From positions 1 to 64,000 of the forward strand of contig JAPEUD010000009.1 of NCBI GenBank assembly GCA_026026165.1: a stretch of DNA of 64,000 nt. The letters run 5' to 3'. Below, piece by piece: positions 39,401-50,403 of this stretch. This DNA is from Sarea resinae. Lineage: Eukaryota. The notes beneath the pieces were generated by a model. The model saw nothing but the letters and a program-made list of their open reading frames with translations. It did not search any database and had not been told where the DNA came from. Positions within the stretch are counted from its first letter, which is position 1. Each line of letters starts with the position of its first letter. The position numbers were made by a program, and so were the translations under genes.

Positions 39401-40223
39401 GGTATTAGAGACTCAGTCGGGCAACATACGCATGATTCAATTGACAGAGACCTACAACCGCGAAGACGAAGAGGAGCTCACTGCGGAAGAAAAGAAAGAG
39501 TCGGAGAAGATGTACGAGGAGGAGCAGTTGAAACGAGATAATCCCGATGCCTGGCAGATGCTGAAATGGACCCAGCAGACTTCCGATACTAGGGCAACGA
39601 TGAATGCGATCCGGTCGATGGGTAGCACGTCTCATACCCCGCTTCCATCGTCCCAGCCTGTTTCTGGAAAGTTTGGCCGATTGAGCTATCCCTCAGCTAC
39701 TCCAGCAGTCGGGACACCGGGCAGTCTTTCAGGAACTCTTGATCGAGGTCGTCTATTTGGGGGTATTCCAGGTGCTGTTCCTTTGCCGGGCAGTACAGCT
39801 GGATATCCTCCGTCATCCCCTTCTGTACTTGCGATGCGAGCGAACCCCTCCAAGAGCGCTCTCGCTACCCAGCCGCAGAAACCACGGTTCCCGCCTCAAG
39901 CTGTTTTTAGAACATCTCATCCGCCACCATCTTCAGCTCCTCCAAAGTTTCAGCAGCCACCGCCTGCCTCGGCCCCTCCGCAGTCCAGATACCCACCGCC
40001 ATCTTCACATCCACACGATCCAAACTTTCAGCCCATTCTAGCGGCTAATACGCAGGTCCGCGAGGCTAGCACCTCGCCTGAGCGACCCGAGGGGCGATCG
40101 TCATCTTCGTCGGAGTCTCCGGGATTTGTGACCCGCCAACCCTTGTTGACTTGGCACGCGGAGCTCAAGAAAAAGATGATGGAGAGTGAGGTCGAAAAGG
40201 GCATGGAAATGGATATTGATTGA
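33496..40223 (+). CDS. SNF2-family ATPase, ATRX/ARIP4-like, ~2,200 aa with long N-terminal extension; 3 exons
   Basis: GCLLAHTMGLGKT (Walker A), VVADEAH (Walker B), ALTGSPLAN, LFSQS, ISTRAGGLGLNL, QAVGRAYRMGQ. Introns 37236-37284 and 37666-37720 join ORFs 33496..37239, 37346..37669 and 37701..40223 in frame. The start could be 33496 or 33508. Confidence 0.92.
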
Positions 40224-40638
40224 CTTGCGATGATTGATACTTTGATTGACTCGCTGCAGCTTTCTTTGATCAGCGGCATTTGCTTTTCCGGGTTGTCACT
40301 ACGACGGGTCGTCACCACGATGCATGATTCACCAGCCGGTGTGAAGAGGCGCAATAGGTGTTACTTGATGAAGTTACTTGATGAATGATGATGACACGAA
40401 GCCGGAGTTGTTTCGGGGACTGCTTGGGATGGGGTCTGGGGGGCTAGTTGTTTCTTGCGTTTGAACTTTCTTTCTCTCCTTGCGTTTGGCTCTGGCTTCT
40501 TGCAAGCATCTGATCGATAGACCTTCTAGCATCGTTGCCTGCGCTTTGACTTCATGACCTTCTCTTCACTTGTCCTGTCTCGATTGGTCCTGTGGGGTCT
40601 GCTTGAGGACGGATAGTCCTGGCTCCTTTTGCTTTATC

Positions 40639-40686
40639 GGATGGGATGGGATGGGATGGGATGGGATAGGATAGGATAGGATAGGA
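40639..40686. repeat. (GGGAT)n/(AGGAT)n pentanucleotide microsatellite
   Basis: gggat units grading into aggat units. Confidence 0.9.
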
Positions 40687-40799
40687 AATGCATATAATAC
40701 AGACTATCAAACCAGGTAGGAATACCTCTTTAGTGGTTACTTGCAAGCTTGTTCTTTCTTATAGTAGTGATAGTAGTGATGACAATAACGATCAAGTGC

Positions 40800-41785
40800 T
40801 TAGGTGTGTGATGGATATGCCTCGTAGAGAATAGAGCTAAAGATGATTTGATACTAGAAGGACGAGCCTTGTAGGTTTAGATTTCGAGTACTTTAGATAT
40901 CTATACCTGCCTACCTTCTTTTTTTCTTTTCTTTTCTTTTCTTAACTATCTTATAGGAGTAGTAGGTCTTGTGTTTGTTACGCTGCGAGTTATTCTATAG
41001 GGATAAGATATTAAGAGTTAGAGAGAGTTAGGAAGGATACAGTTTTCAGACTTTAAGAGAGTTTAAGAGAGAGAGGTTCTCTTTAAAGATGCTAGTAGTC
41101 AAGAGGGAAAAAGATTCGTAGGATTGTTGATTAGGGATTGTGACTTATAATAATTAGTAGTGTAAGGACTGGTTACTAGTAAATAGGTAGGTAGGTAGGT
41201 AGGTAAGGTAAGTAGGTAGACTTGTTTCTTTCTTTCTTTCTAGATTAGCTAGGTAGCTACTTACCTTAGCTAAGAAGACTACTAGGGCCTGGCTTTGTCT
41301 AGGTACCTTGGGCTCTACCTACCTTAGGTACCTATTTAGCTTACTCCATGTTATGTAGTAGCGTGCCTTACATGTAGAGAGACTATAGTTTCGGGTTGAG
41401 ATTTTTCGAGAGCTTGTTAACTGTGTGTAGACAGGTAGGTAGGTAGGTCTAATTGACAAAGGTACCTTGGAGATAGATAGGTAGTAGTGGGTAGACAATA
41501 GATATATATATCTCTCTCTTTTACTCTGTTTTGCTGTCTGGTTTACTGTCTGGTTTTATATCGAAGCTCTATACCTTTACTAGACTAGAGAAGTAGGAGT
41601 AGAGAAGAGAGAAGAGAAAAGAGAAAAGAGAAAGGCTCGACAGAAAAGCGAACAACAGGCAGGTCTAGACAGACAGACAGACCCGACCCCCAAAAAGGCT
41701 AGTGCAATTCAATCTCTTATTGCCCCTATCTACCTATCTATCTGCCTATCTCTCTCTCTCTCTCTCTATCTCTCTACCTCTCTAC
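40800..41785. repeat. AT/TpA-rich simple-sequence island with (GTAG)n, (AGAGAAA)n, (CAGA)n and (CT)n
   Basis: Visibly rich in TA/TAG/CTA and poor in CA/TG; several microsatellites; no ORF. Confidence 0.75.
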
Positions 41786-43789
41786 CTATCGATCGGAATC
41801 CCACCCCACCCACCTCCGCACGACGGCGTCAACGGCGCGTAAGCCCGCCGGCGTCGCGGGGATGGCGAACCATTCGCGGTGCGTGTGGCCGCATGTGCAT
41901 TTCGTGGCTGTGCTTGGCTCGTCTGGTTGGTCTGGTTGGTCTTGTGAGGGCGGTGGGAGAGAGGCGTGAGGAGGTCCTGGTGGTGGCGAGAAGGGAGGGG
42001 TTGTGATGGTGGGGCGCGGGCGGGGGCGAGGAGGTGAGTTTCGAGGAATGGGGGTGGTGGTGGTGGGGAGAGGAGGAGATGGCAGAGGAGATGAGGCAGG
42101 GGATAGAGCAGGAGGGGGCCCGGATCTATACGCCGCCAGCTCGAGATGGATGAGCCGTTCCACCCGAGCGGGATGCGGCGTTTTCCTGGCTGCTGCGTCC
42201 GACGACGACGAGGACGACGATGGCGGCGATGGCGACGATGGCGACGAGAGGGTAGGTGGTGGTGACGTTAGGTGTGTCGTTGAATGTAGATGGGGATATG
42301 GATGGGGACGTGATGATGGGCGCGACGGATTTCGCGCTGCTGCTGGTGAGGAGGATGCGGAGGAGAAGGAGGTGTTATTGGGGTAGTACCGCAGCAGCGT
42401 GACGGCGTGTCCGCACTGCGCGCTCCACTCGTTCAGGCGCCTCTGCACGTTGGACGTGCGCCCGATTTTGAGATAGACTAGGTTTTGGCCCGGGCTTCCC
42501 CGCGATGCCAATGCCGTTGCCGATGGTGATGCCGGTGCCGTTTCGTTTCTGGCTCTTTGCCTGTCCGGTCTTCTTTGGAATTTTGGTCCTGGCTCTGCGG
42601 CGCCGTCATCCTGCGTGGGGAAGGCGTCGGAGATTTTGAAGATGTAGATGTAGCCCGGCTCTTCGGCGCGGGAAAAGGGCTTCGAGAGCTCGGTCGCTAG
42701 GAGGGTGCGTGTGGATGGTGGGAGGGAGAGCGGGATGAGTGTGTCGGTTGTCGTGGCGGTGGCCTTGGATGCTGGCCCTGGGAGGGTCGAGATGGTTGGT
42801 GGTGAGAGCGGGGATCGCCTCGGGGGAGGGCTAGAGGGAGGACTCTGGGAGGACTGGGGAGGAGGAGGAGGCGGCGCCGGACGGTGATGTCGTTGGGTTG
42901 TGTATGTCCTGTCTGACGGGAGAAGATACGGGGCTCGAGGTGGGGATGAGAGAAGAGGACCTTGTGGAGTGCGTTTCGCTGGTGTTGCGGATATCGGTAG
43001 GGCGATGACCGCGGGGGCCGAGATCGATGTCATCGGAGGACGATGTGTTTGGGCCCGGCTCTGATCCTGGCTCTGGTTCTGACTCTGGTTGAGACTCGCT
43101 CGCCCCTGTTTTTGCCACGGTCGAGGTCCAGGCAAAAGTTCCTCATCTCTGGCCGAGCCCAGACAGCAGAAAAGCGAAAGCCACGACGACGACGGCGTCC
43201 GAGAGGGTTTTCGCTTTGGCTGTTGGGATTGATGTGGTCTCTTCTCTCGCGTCGGCCGGGTTTTTTGACTCTCCTTTTCTGCGTGGCCGTTTGTCGGGGG
43301 TGTGGCTGCGGGATCGTCTAGATCCAAGATGCCGACTCGCTCGATCAGAGTCTCGATACTGCTCCTTCCCTTATGCATCCCGTCGACACGAACGCTGCCC
43401 ACTTTCGCGGATGTGGGCCTCAATGTCGTTGTGGCTCTAGCTTCGCCTCTGGGCTTTTGTTGTTGGCGGATCTGCAATGATTCCTGATGTCGACGCTCTA
43501 GCTGCTGCTGCTGTGCCGCACGGCGTATCTCCATCACCATCGACCCAGCCTGCTCTTTGTGCTGCCAGCAAAACAGCCCCTCCACCACCTCGCTCGACAG
43601 TGGAACGTCTTCATTTGCCGCCACCAGGCCAGCCATGGTTCGGTCGAGCGGTAGGGCCCGACGACAGGGCCGGCCCGTAGACGTGACGCCCCTGCACGTC
43701 TTGAGCGGGTTCTTGGAATCATTGCGCTGGATGAGATGAGCGGGGAGGCGGGCGGGGGGGGATTCGGGGGTGTGTGGTATAAAGGGCAT
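41786..43789 (-). CDS. DUF1766/Mug113-type protein with a T5orf172 (GIY-YIG-like) domain
   Basis: N-terminal DSKNP..TCRGVTSTGRPCRR..FCWQHK; C-terminal GYIYIF, LKIGRTSNVQRRLNEW..QC, RVERLIHLEL, C.CG..HREWF; intronless 667 aa. Confidence 0.85.
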   Translation of the reverse strand: MPFIPHTPESPPARLPAHLIQRNDSKNPLKTCRGVTSTGRPCRRALPLDRTMAGLVAANEDVPLSSEVVEGLFCWQHKEQAGSMVMEIRRAAQQQQLERRHQESLQIRQQQKPRGEARATTTLRPTSAKVGSVRVDGMHKGRSSIETLIERVGILDLDDPAATPPTNGHAEKESQKTRPTREKRPHQSQQPKRKPSRTPSSSWLSLFCCLGSARDEELLPGPRPWQKQGRASLNQSQNQSQDQSRAQTHRPPMTSISAPAVIALPISATPAKRTPQGPLLSSPPRAPYLLPSDRTYTTQRHHRPAPPPPPPQSSQSPPSSPPPRRSPLSPPTISTLPGPASKATATTTDTLIPLSLPPSTRTLLATELSKPFSRAEEPGYIYIFKISDAFPTQDDGAAEPGPKFQRRPDRQRARNETAPASPSATALASRGSPGQNLVYLKIGRTSNVQRRLNEWSAQCGHAVTLLRYYPNNTSFSSASSSPAAARNPSRPSSRPHPYPHLHSTTHLTSPPPTLSSPSSPSPPSSSSSSSDAAARKTPHPARVERLIHLELAAYRSGPPPALSPASSPLPSPPLPTTTTPIPRNSPPRPRPRPTITTPPFSPPPGPPHASLPPPSQDQPDQPDEPSTATKCTCGHTHREWFAIPATPAGLRAVDAVVRRWVGWDSDR

Positions 43790-44991
43790 GATGGCTTGAC
43801 TTCGTGCTCGCTTTCTCTCTTCCCTCTCAATCTCCGCTCTTAATCCTCCTCCAGTCCCACGATCACGAAGCCCTCACGCATCCACCAAAAAACAAAAAAG
43901 GGTCTCACGGACCAACCACCTCCAACAGGCACAGTATCCCCAATCACCCAAAAACCAAAATCGATTCCTACCTATTTCCTATCCGTCTCCCTATCTCTCC
44001 AAACCCTCCTATCCGTCACAAACCCAAATCCCCCAAACCCACTCAAACCCCCCAAATCGCTCAAAACACCCAAACCTCCTTATAAAAGGAAGCCCACAGC
44101 AGTCACGCCCGTCAAACCAGCATCACACCACAGAGCCCAAACCACAAGAACCCAACACCACGCAGACCAAAAACACAAAACCCCAGAAACCCCAGAAACC
44201 CCAGACCACGAATATATGCGTCTGCGTACGGATAAAAACTTGCTTAACTCGGAAGAAAGAAAATTGATATTGATGATCTCGTAGTTGTGCGCGCGCGCGT
44301 GTTGTTTTCTAGAGGAATGATGGATATAGAGAGAAAGAGAGACAGGGGGAGAGGACAATTGGTAGCTTTGGCGGGGACGGTGGGGGAGGTCTTAGTCGGT
44401 CAGTCGGTCAGTTAGCCTGAAGGCAAGAAAACAAAAACCCAATACGTAGGTTCATTGATTCAGGGCGCAGCAAAAGGCAGACACATGAGAAAGTTGAGTG
44501 AATAGAAATAAATAAGCCATCCATCCATCCATCTATTCATTCAATCATCCATTCATGGCACGATTCGAGGAGGTGGCTGAATGCTTGTGGGCGGAGGGGG
44601 AGGGGTATCGTGTTCGTGTAACAGGTGGCTGGGAACGTGTACACTCGTTGTGGTGACTCAGCCACCCACCTTACGCGGTCGCTCGCTCGCTCGTTCGCTG
44701 TGCTGTGCTGTGCTGTTATGTTTTGTTGACGCGACTTGACATGCCTCGACGATTACAGACTACGCAGTACACGAGTTGAGTATGCGCATGATCACACCGC
44801 ACAATAGAACATCATCTGAATCGATAGTTTTCATTCTCATGTCGTATCTGTTCTGTCGTATGTCGCACTGTGTAGAAATAGTCGTTGCCAAAAGGAAAGT
44901 TTTGATCATAATAAAACACCAGCTCACCACCATGATGATGAACATTCATGTCTCCAGCCCAGCTGTAGTTGTGACCCAAACGCCAGAAAAA

Positions 44992-46524
44992 TCAAACGCG
45001 CCCTCCGCCCCGAACGAGATCAAGACAGTCCTCGACCGTCTCCTCCAGATTCGCGACCCGAGCGTGCAAGCCCCTGTTCTCCTCCCTGAGACTACTGACA
45101 ACACCCCATGCCGTCGCGGCTGTGCCACCTCGGCAGTTACCACACCCAGCAGTACTGTCTTCCTGCCCAAGGTGCATACCCTTGAGGATCTTCTCAAACG
45201 TCGACCGCTGCGGTGGCGGCATTCCAGGTCTTATCCGGCTGGCCAGAGGAGAAGAAGTGTGATAAGGTGGTAGAAGAGACGATTGATATTGAGGCGCTGA
45301 GGTGACAGATGGGAAATGTGGTTGTGACTGCTGTGCGAGGTCCGGTGAACAGAGGGCGCTCGAGACTGCGGATGACTGGGACGTAACTGTTCCGGTGGAC
45401 GAACGGGCCCGCGAGAAGATACTCTCTGCGGAGCTACTGCTGGTGCCATCGTCTTCAGACTCGAAGCCCGAGTCACTAGCTCGGCTTTCGCGTTTGGTGT
45501 TTCGGAGCGGCAAGGCGGTCATGCACGTCTCTTCTTGGACATTGTCTGGGGGCGTCGTCTTGACCAGCATGACAGTTCTTTGGCGAGCATATTCCTGCTC
45601 CTCTTCGCAGCGTCGACGGCGCTCTTCTGCGAGCTCGGCTGCCATAGCTTTCAGGGAGCGTTCTTGCTCTGCTACTTTCTCGGCCATGCCATCGAGTTGA
45701 ATCTTCAGATGTCGAGCCCGTGTCTCAGCCTCTTCAAGTTCTTCTTCTTGTGCACTCTTCTCGGCTGTGACCTCATGTAGAGCTTCGGTCCGCAGCTTGT
45801 ACGCCGTCTGCATCCGAAGGAGCAACGCTTCTGCGTTGTCGAGGAGGTTCCTGAACGATGCAGGTGAGAAAGGATCGGCGGGACCACCAGGGAATAATGC
45901 AGCGTCGATGTCGAGAGTGAGGAATTCATCATCGGAGGCAGGAGAATCGCTGACTTTAGTTTTGGGTCCGAAGAAAGAGAATCGGCTCGCTGAGCCAGTC
46001 AGGGCGGGTCTCGCGACCGTAGTGTTGCTTCGCATCTTGTTCGCCGGGCGGATCATGGCTGGAGAGTCTCGAGGCTCGTCGAGAGGAAGGAGCCCTAAGC
46101 TGATGGGAGCTGAAGTTCCCTTGAACCAGGCGAATTTTCCAACTTTCTCTTCGAGCTTGATCTTGCCGTCTTGGTCACCGGTGAGCGTGGGAACGAAGGA
46201 ATCTTTCGTCGGGGAGCGTGGAGGGGAGTTGATGGGAAAGCCTGCCCGGATCAGAGGTGGAAGCCTGCAATTCGAGTATGAAGTCTGAGTGAGATCTTCC
46301 GACTGATGGCTTCGTAAATCGCCTCGCGGAGGCCGTGCGGTGAAGACAGGCTCAGGGGCAAGCAGAATATCGTCGAAGTTGTTTTGCTCTGGGTCGTCGA
46401 GCTCGAAGAGGGTGCTCTGGTGCGGAAGCTTGCTAGGCTTGCTAGGCTTACTAGTTGTAGGTTGAGATTTGGAGCGGCGGTGGGCCTCTGCCGAAGAGGA
46501 GTTGGCGCGGCCGTAATTAAACAT
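44992..46524 (-). CDS. Fungal coiled-coil protein of unknown function
   Basis: Long ORF (first ATG 46524) with DEFLTLDIDAALFP..DPFSPASF.NLL, a coiled coil ELEEAETRARHLKIQL, SDSGFES, and C-terminal C..C..AW.VV..LREEN..L..RV. Confidence 0.8.
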   Translation of the reverse strand: MFNYGRANSSSAEAHRRSKSQPTTSKPSKPSKLPHQSTLFELDDPEQNNFDDILLAPEPVFTARPPRGDLRSHQSEDLTQTSYSNCRLPPLIRAGFPINSPPRSPTKDSFVPTLTGDQDGKIKLEEKVGKFAWFKGTSAPISLGLLPLDEPRDSPAMIRPANKMRSNTTVARPALTGSASRFSFFGPKTKVSDSPASDDEFLTLDIDAALFPGGPADPFSPASFRNLLDNAEALLLRMQTAYKLRTEALHEVTAEKSAQEEELEEAETRARHLKIQLDGMAEKVAEQERSLKAMAAELAEERRRRCEEEQEYARQRTVMLVKTTPPDNVQEETCMTALPLRNTKRESRASDSGFESEDDGTSSSSAESIFSRARSSTGTVTSQSSAVSSALCSPDLAQQSQPHFPSVTSAPQYQSSLLPPYHTSSPLASRIRPGMPPPQRSTFEKILKGMHLGQEDSTAGCGNCRGGTAATAWGVVSSLREENRGLHARVANLEETVEDCLDLVRGGGRV

Positions 46525-47725
46525 CCAGGCGGTCGAGGGTCGCAAGCGTGAAAGCGTGAGGCCGGGGAATGGGGTGAATCGAGTGTTTGGGAGAGGAATG
46601 TGGACGAGAGGAGCTTAGTCGCGACGAGAGCGAAACTGCGTAATTTCGTTTGCGAGCCGGGGACCACTTTTGTCTCTGGTGCCGAGCGAGATGCAAAGAG
46701 ACGTCGTTGTGCACGAGGCGAAGTGCTGGGCGTACCTATGCAAGTAGGCGGATGCCGACCGATCGCCTAGACAACGTGGCAGTGAAGAGTGGTGGTGACG
46801 ATGATGGTGATGATGATGATGATGATGCAGATGCAGCAATGCTGCTGTTCCTCCTCTCAACCAAGATTCTCAAGAAAGAAGAGCGTATGTAATTCGATCG
46901 ACTCCAAGTCCGGACAGTAATCGTCCTGCGATTGCGAGTCTGGTCAAGGCTAGAGTTATGAAAGGTTGGCGTCGGTTGGCAGTCGGTAGCAGCCTTATCG
47001 ATAGTGCCACTACCAGTTCAGCGTGTTGAGGCGAGATGGCGAAGCTGGAATGTGGCGAAGAGTCGATGCGTTGATGTGAAAAGTCCAAGGAATGAAGTGA
47101 CAGCAAGGCGGCATGTATGTCTGACAGCAGCAGAGGAAGAAGAAGAAGAGAAACGAGCCGCAAAGGATATAATCTCTGCTTGCTCGAACAAAAGGCGTGG
47201 TTGGGTATACTCATAATCAGATTCGTGATATTGGAGGTGGCTGAACTTGACTCGCTCGCCAACCCAGCCTTTCATGTTTCAGGCACCCGCGGACGATACC
47301 GACCGCCAAAGGCTCCCTCCCCAACGTGCCCGTGACGAATTCATGATCACCTCAATCGCGTTTCTTGATTTCTCGGCCTTCAATTGCCTTCCAAGGGGCT
47401 CGGTCACAGATCTCTCGATCGGGGTGGGAGTGGATGCCACGAGCCACTCAGGTATCTACGGATCACCATGTCACCACGTACGAATAGCCCCTATGCTATC
47501 TCTCTAATGCGGCGCGTTCAATCGATCTGGCATCGACGGATTGGAAATGCCCTCAAATGCATGCACGCATGAAATCCTGCAGTCCTGCAACATGAACCGT
47601 GCTCCACGTGCTACCAGCCCCCAACGGTAGATCCAACCAAAGCAGTCGACAACAAATCCCATTCGAGCCACACCCACAACAACAAACAAGTCAAATACCC
47701 CGAGCAGTCGCTCCAACCTGAATCC

Positions 47726-48322
47726 TCACCGCCCAGCACACTCCCTCCTCAAAACCTCCACATGCCAATTCCGACCTCCGGGCTCCATGCCCTTGACCAC
47801 GACGGTGCCATCCGGGCCCTCGGTCTCCTCCCACGTGCCCTGCCCCTGCCCGTGCCCCTCTCCGCGCACCCCCAAGATCTCCTTCACCAAGCCCCTGGCC
47901 CTCTCGTTGGCCTCGACCAAGCCCAAAAACGAGCCCACGACGCCCTCTTCCGCCGCCCCGCCAGTCGCGGGATCAAAGACGCTCTCGACGACGACGAAGA
48001 TGTCTCCACCCTTGGTCGCCCCCGCCACCCGCGGGTTCTCCTCGACCTCGATGCCGAAATCATACACGTCGCCCGCCGCATCGACGGTGTGGATCTCGAG
48101 CCGGCCGTCCTCGGCGGTGGATTCCTCGTAGACGGCAAAGGCGTCGTGGTGGTGGTGCGGGTGCAGGTCGGCGCGGGCGTCGGCGCGGACGGCGGCATTG
48201 GCGGCCGAGAGGGAGTTGTAGGTGCCGAAGAGGTCGAATTCCTCCTGAGGTGGTGAGTGGGTGGTCGTCTTGAGGATGGAGGTGCAGGTGACGTGGTAGA
48301 GGGTCGTGGGCTGTTGCGCCAT
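47726..48322 (-). CDS. 198-aa hypothetical protein with a two-fold internal repeat
   Basis: ACAATGG start context, strong G/C third-position bias and two similar halves. Confidence 0.72.
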   Translation of the reverse strand: MAQQPTTLYHVTCTSILKTTTHSPPQEEFDLFGTYNSLSAANAAVRADARADLHPHHHHDAFAVYEESTAEDGRLEIHTVDAAGDVYDFGIEVEENPRVAGATKGGDIFVVVESVFDPATGGAAEEGVVGSFLGLVEANERARGLVKEILGVRGEGHGQGQGTWEETEGPDGTVVVKGMEPGGRNWHVEVLRRECAGR

Positions 48323-48887
48323 TGTTGGTCCTTAAAGCTCCTGCGGGCCCGGTCTCTTCTGTATCGGCGACGTAAATCCGCTGGACACTGCAAGCAAGCA
48401 AGAGGTGATTTGTTATGTTCGTATGAAGATAGGTAGGTAGGTAAGTAGATAGAGGTAGGTAGGGCGTATGTGGACTTCCCAACCCGATCAGATCAGATCA
48501 GATCAGATCATACAACCAACATCTACAACCAACATCTACAAGCCTAGCTAAAGGTAAGCCGGCCTCCTCCTCTCCCCCCAAGCTGAACCCGCGACTCGAC
48601 TTCAAGTGCACCAAGAAGAAGACCTAGCAGCGCAGTCCTCCCCTCTGGCGGCGCGTGAGAACCTCAGCCAGAGAGAAAGAAGCAGAAGAAGAAGAAAGAA
48701 AAGAAGGCAAGCTAAGGTACCTTATGCAGCCGACGTATTCGTGCCGTACGTAGTAAAGAATGGCGGAAATATGAATGCTCCGAGAACAACCCCCGCTCCC
48801 GCTCCCGCTCTCCCTCCCCCTCCTTTTCCCGCTGTGCTGGAAGCTGAAGTATACGGAGTATACCTACCTACGTCCCTAAGTAGTCCT

Positions 48888-48967
48888 CCAGCAGCAGCAG
48901 CAGCAGCAGCAGCACCACCACCACCACCACCACAGCCAAACCCTCCACGCTCCCGTCCGCTCCCGTC

Positions 48968-49007
<40 letters not shown>

Positions 49008-49008
49008 A
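48888..49008. repeat. Compound microsatellite (CAG)n(CAC)n plus (CT)n
   Basis: cagcag..caccac.. at ~48888-48932 and a ct run at ~48970-49008. Confidence 0.9.
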
Positions 49009-50403
49009 CCAGCAAACCAAACCAAACTAAACAACCAAGAGCAGAGAGATCTAAAAAAGCCAACACAATAACAATGCACAAATGCACGATATCAAAGCAA
49101 AGAACATGTTTATTCATTTATTTATATATTCAAGCAGTGTAGTAGCAGCGTAGACAACACAGCATAGTATTATATAGCATAGTATCACACAGCATAGCAC
49201 AGCACAGTCCAATACTCGTAATACAGTGCCTGCCTGTATAGCTAGAGGAGAGAAGAGAAGAGCAGGAATATAAAGTATGGTATGGTAGTCTGATACAGAT
49301 CATTAGATAGGTAGATAGATAGGTAGATAGAAAGGTAGATAGATAGATAGGTAATACACTACGACCCCTCTCCTCTCCCCTCTCCCCTCCCGTCGTGTCC
49401 TGTCCTGCCCGCCCCTCACCAACCACAGAGTGTTGTTACCACAGTGGGGTGACAATACCTTAGTCTTTGAAAAGCCCCTCCTCAGCGGGATAGAGGGGTT
49501 AGCTCGCCAAGGCTGGTTAGGGGGGGCCGGGTTAGGGGAGGGGAGGTAGGGGGGGTAAATTATACACTCTCTCTCTCTACGTAGTAATCTTCACCTAATC
49601 CTTCGTAATACTCCCTACCTACCTTAAGGTACTCTACCGATACCTTCAATAGTACTAGTATCCTTGAGAAGTCTTGACCTCAGTTTACTCCGGAGTACCT
49701 AGGTAGTCCTTAGCTTCACCTTACCTTAGTCAATCCTCACGTAAGAAATGGGTAACCCAAGGTAGTAGCCTACATTAAGGTACCTTACCTTCTGTTGTTA
49801 CATACCTCTTACTCCGGACTAGAGTGTAGAGTAGGCACCTAACTTGGCTCCATCCACTCAACTACTACTCGGGTGATGAGAATGTTTGTAGTGAGAAGGC
49901 GCCGCTCAAATCAAACGTGATTATCCAAGTCAATTCAATTCAATTCAATTGATCGGTATTCTAATGCTCTCCGTCCCCCCGGCCCCGGCCCCCACCCCCC
50001 AAAAAGCAGACAGATAGCCTCTTCCAAGTCCTCCACCCACCCAACCATGCCCTCGCCTTTCCCCTGGCCCCCTCCCCCATATGCCCAGTCATTCCAAGCC
50101 GTTCCAAAAGAGCGCGAGAAGGGAAAAATTTTGGTGAAACGCCAGGCCCGATGGTAATAAGTGAGTGACAAAGCAGTCAGACAGTATGTACACGCACACT
50201 TTTCGTTCTAGCTTTTTCCGCGCGCGCCGAAGAAGATCAAAAAAAAAAGGTAGATGTACAGCCAGAAAATATCAGGGCGGAACGGGTATAGTACAGCTGC
50301 ATGGCGAGCAGCCTAGGGGTTGGCCCACATCACAACACTGTAGCGACAGCCAAGGAGTGAGAACTATGTGCAGAACGGACGTCCGAGGCATAATTCGAGA
50401 GGC

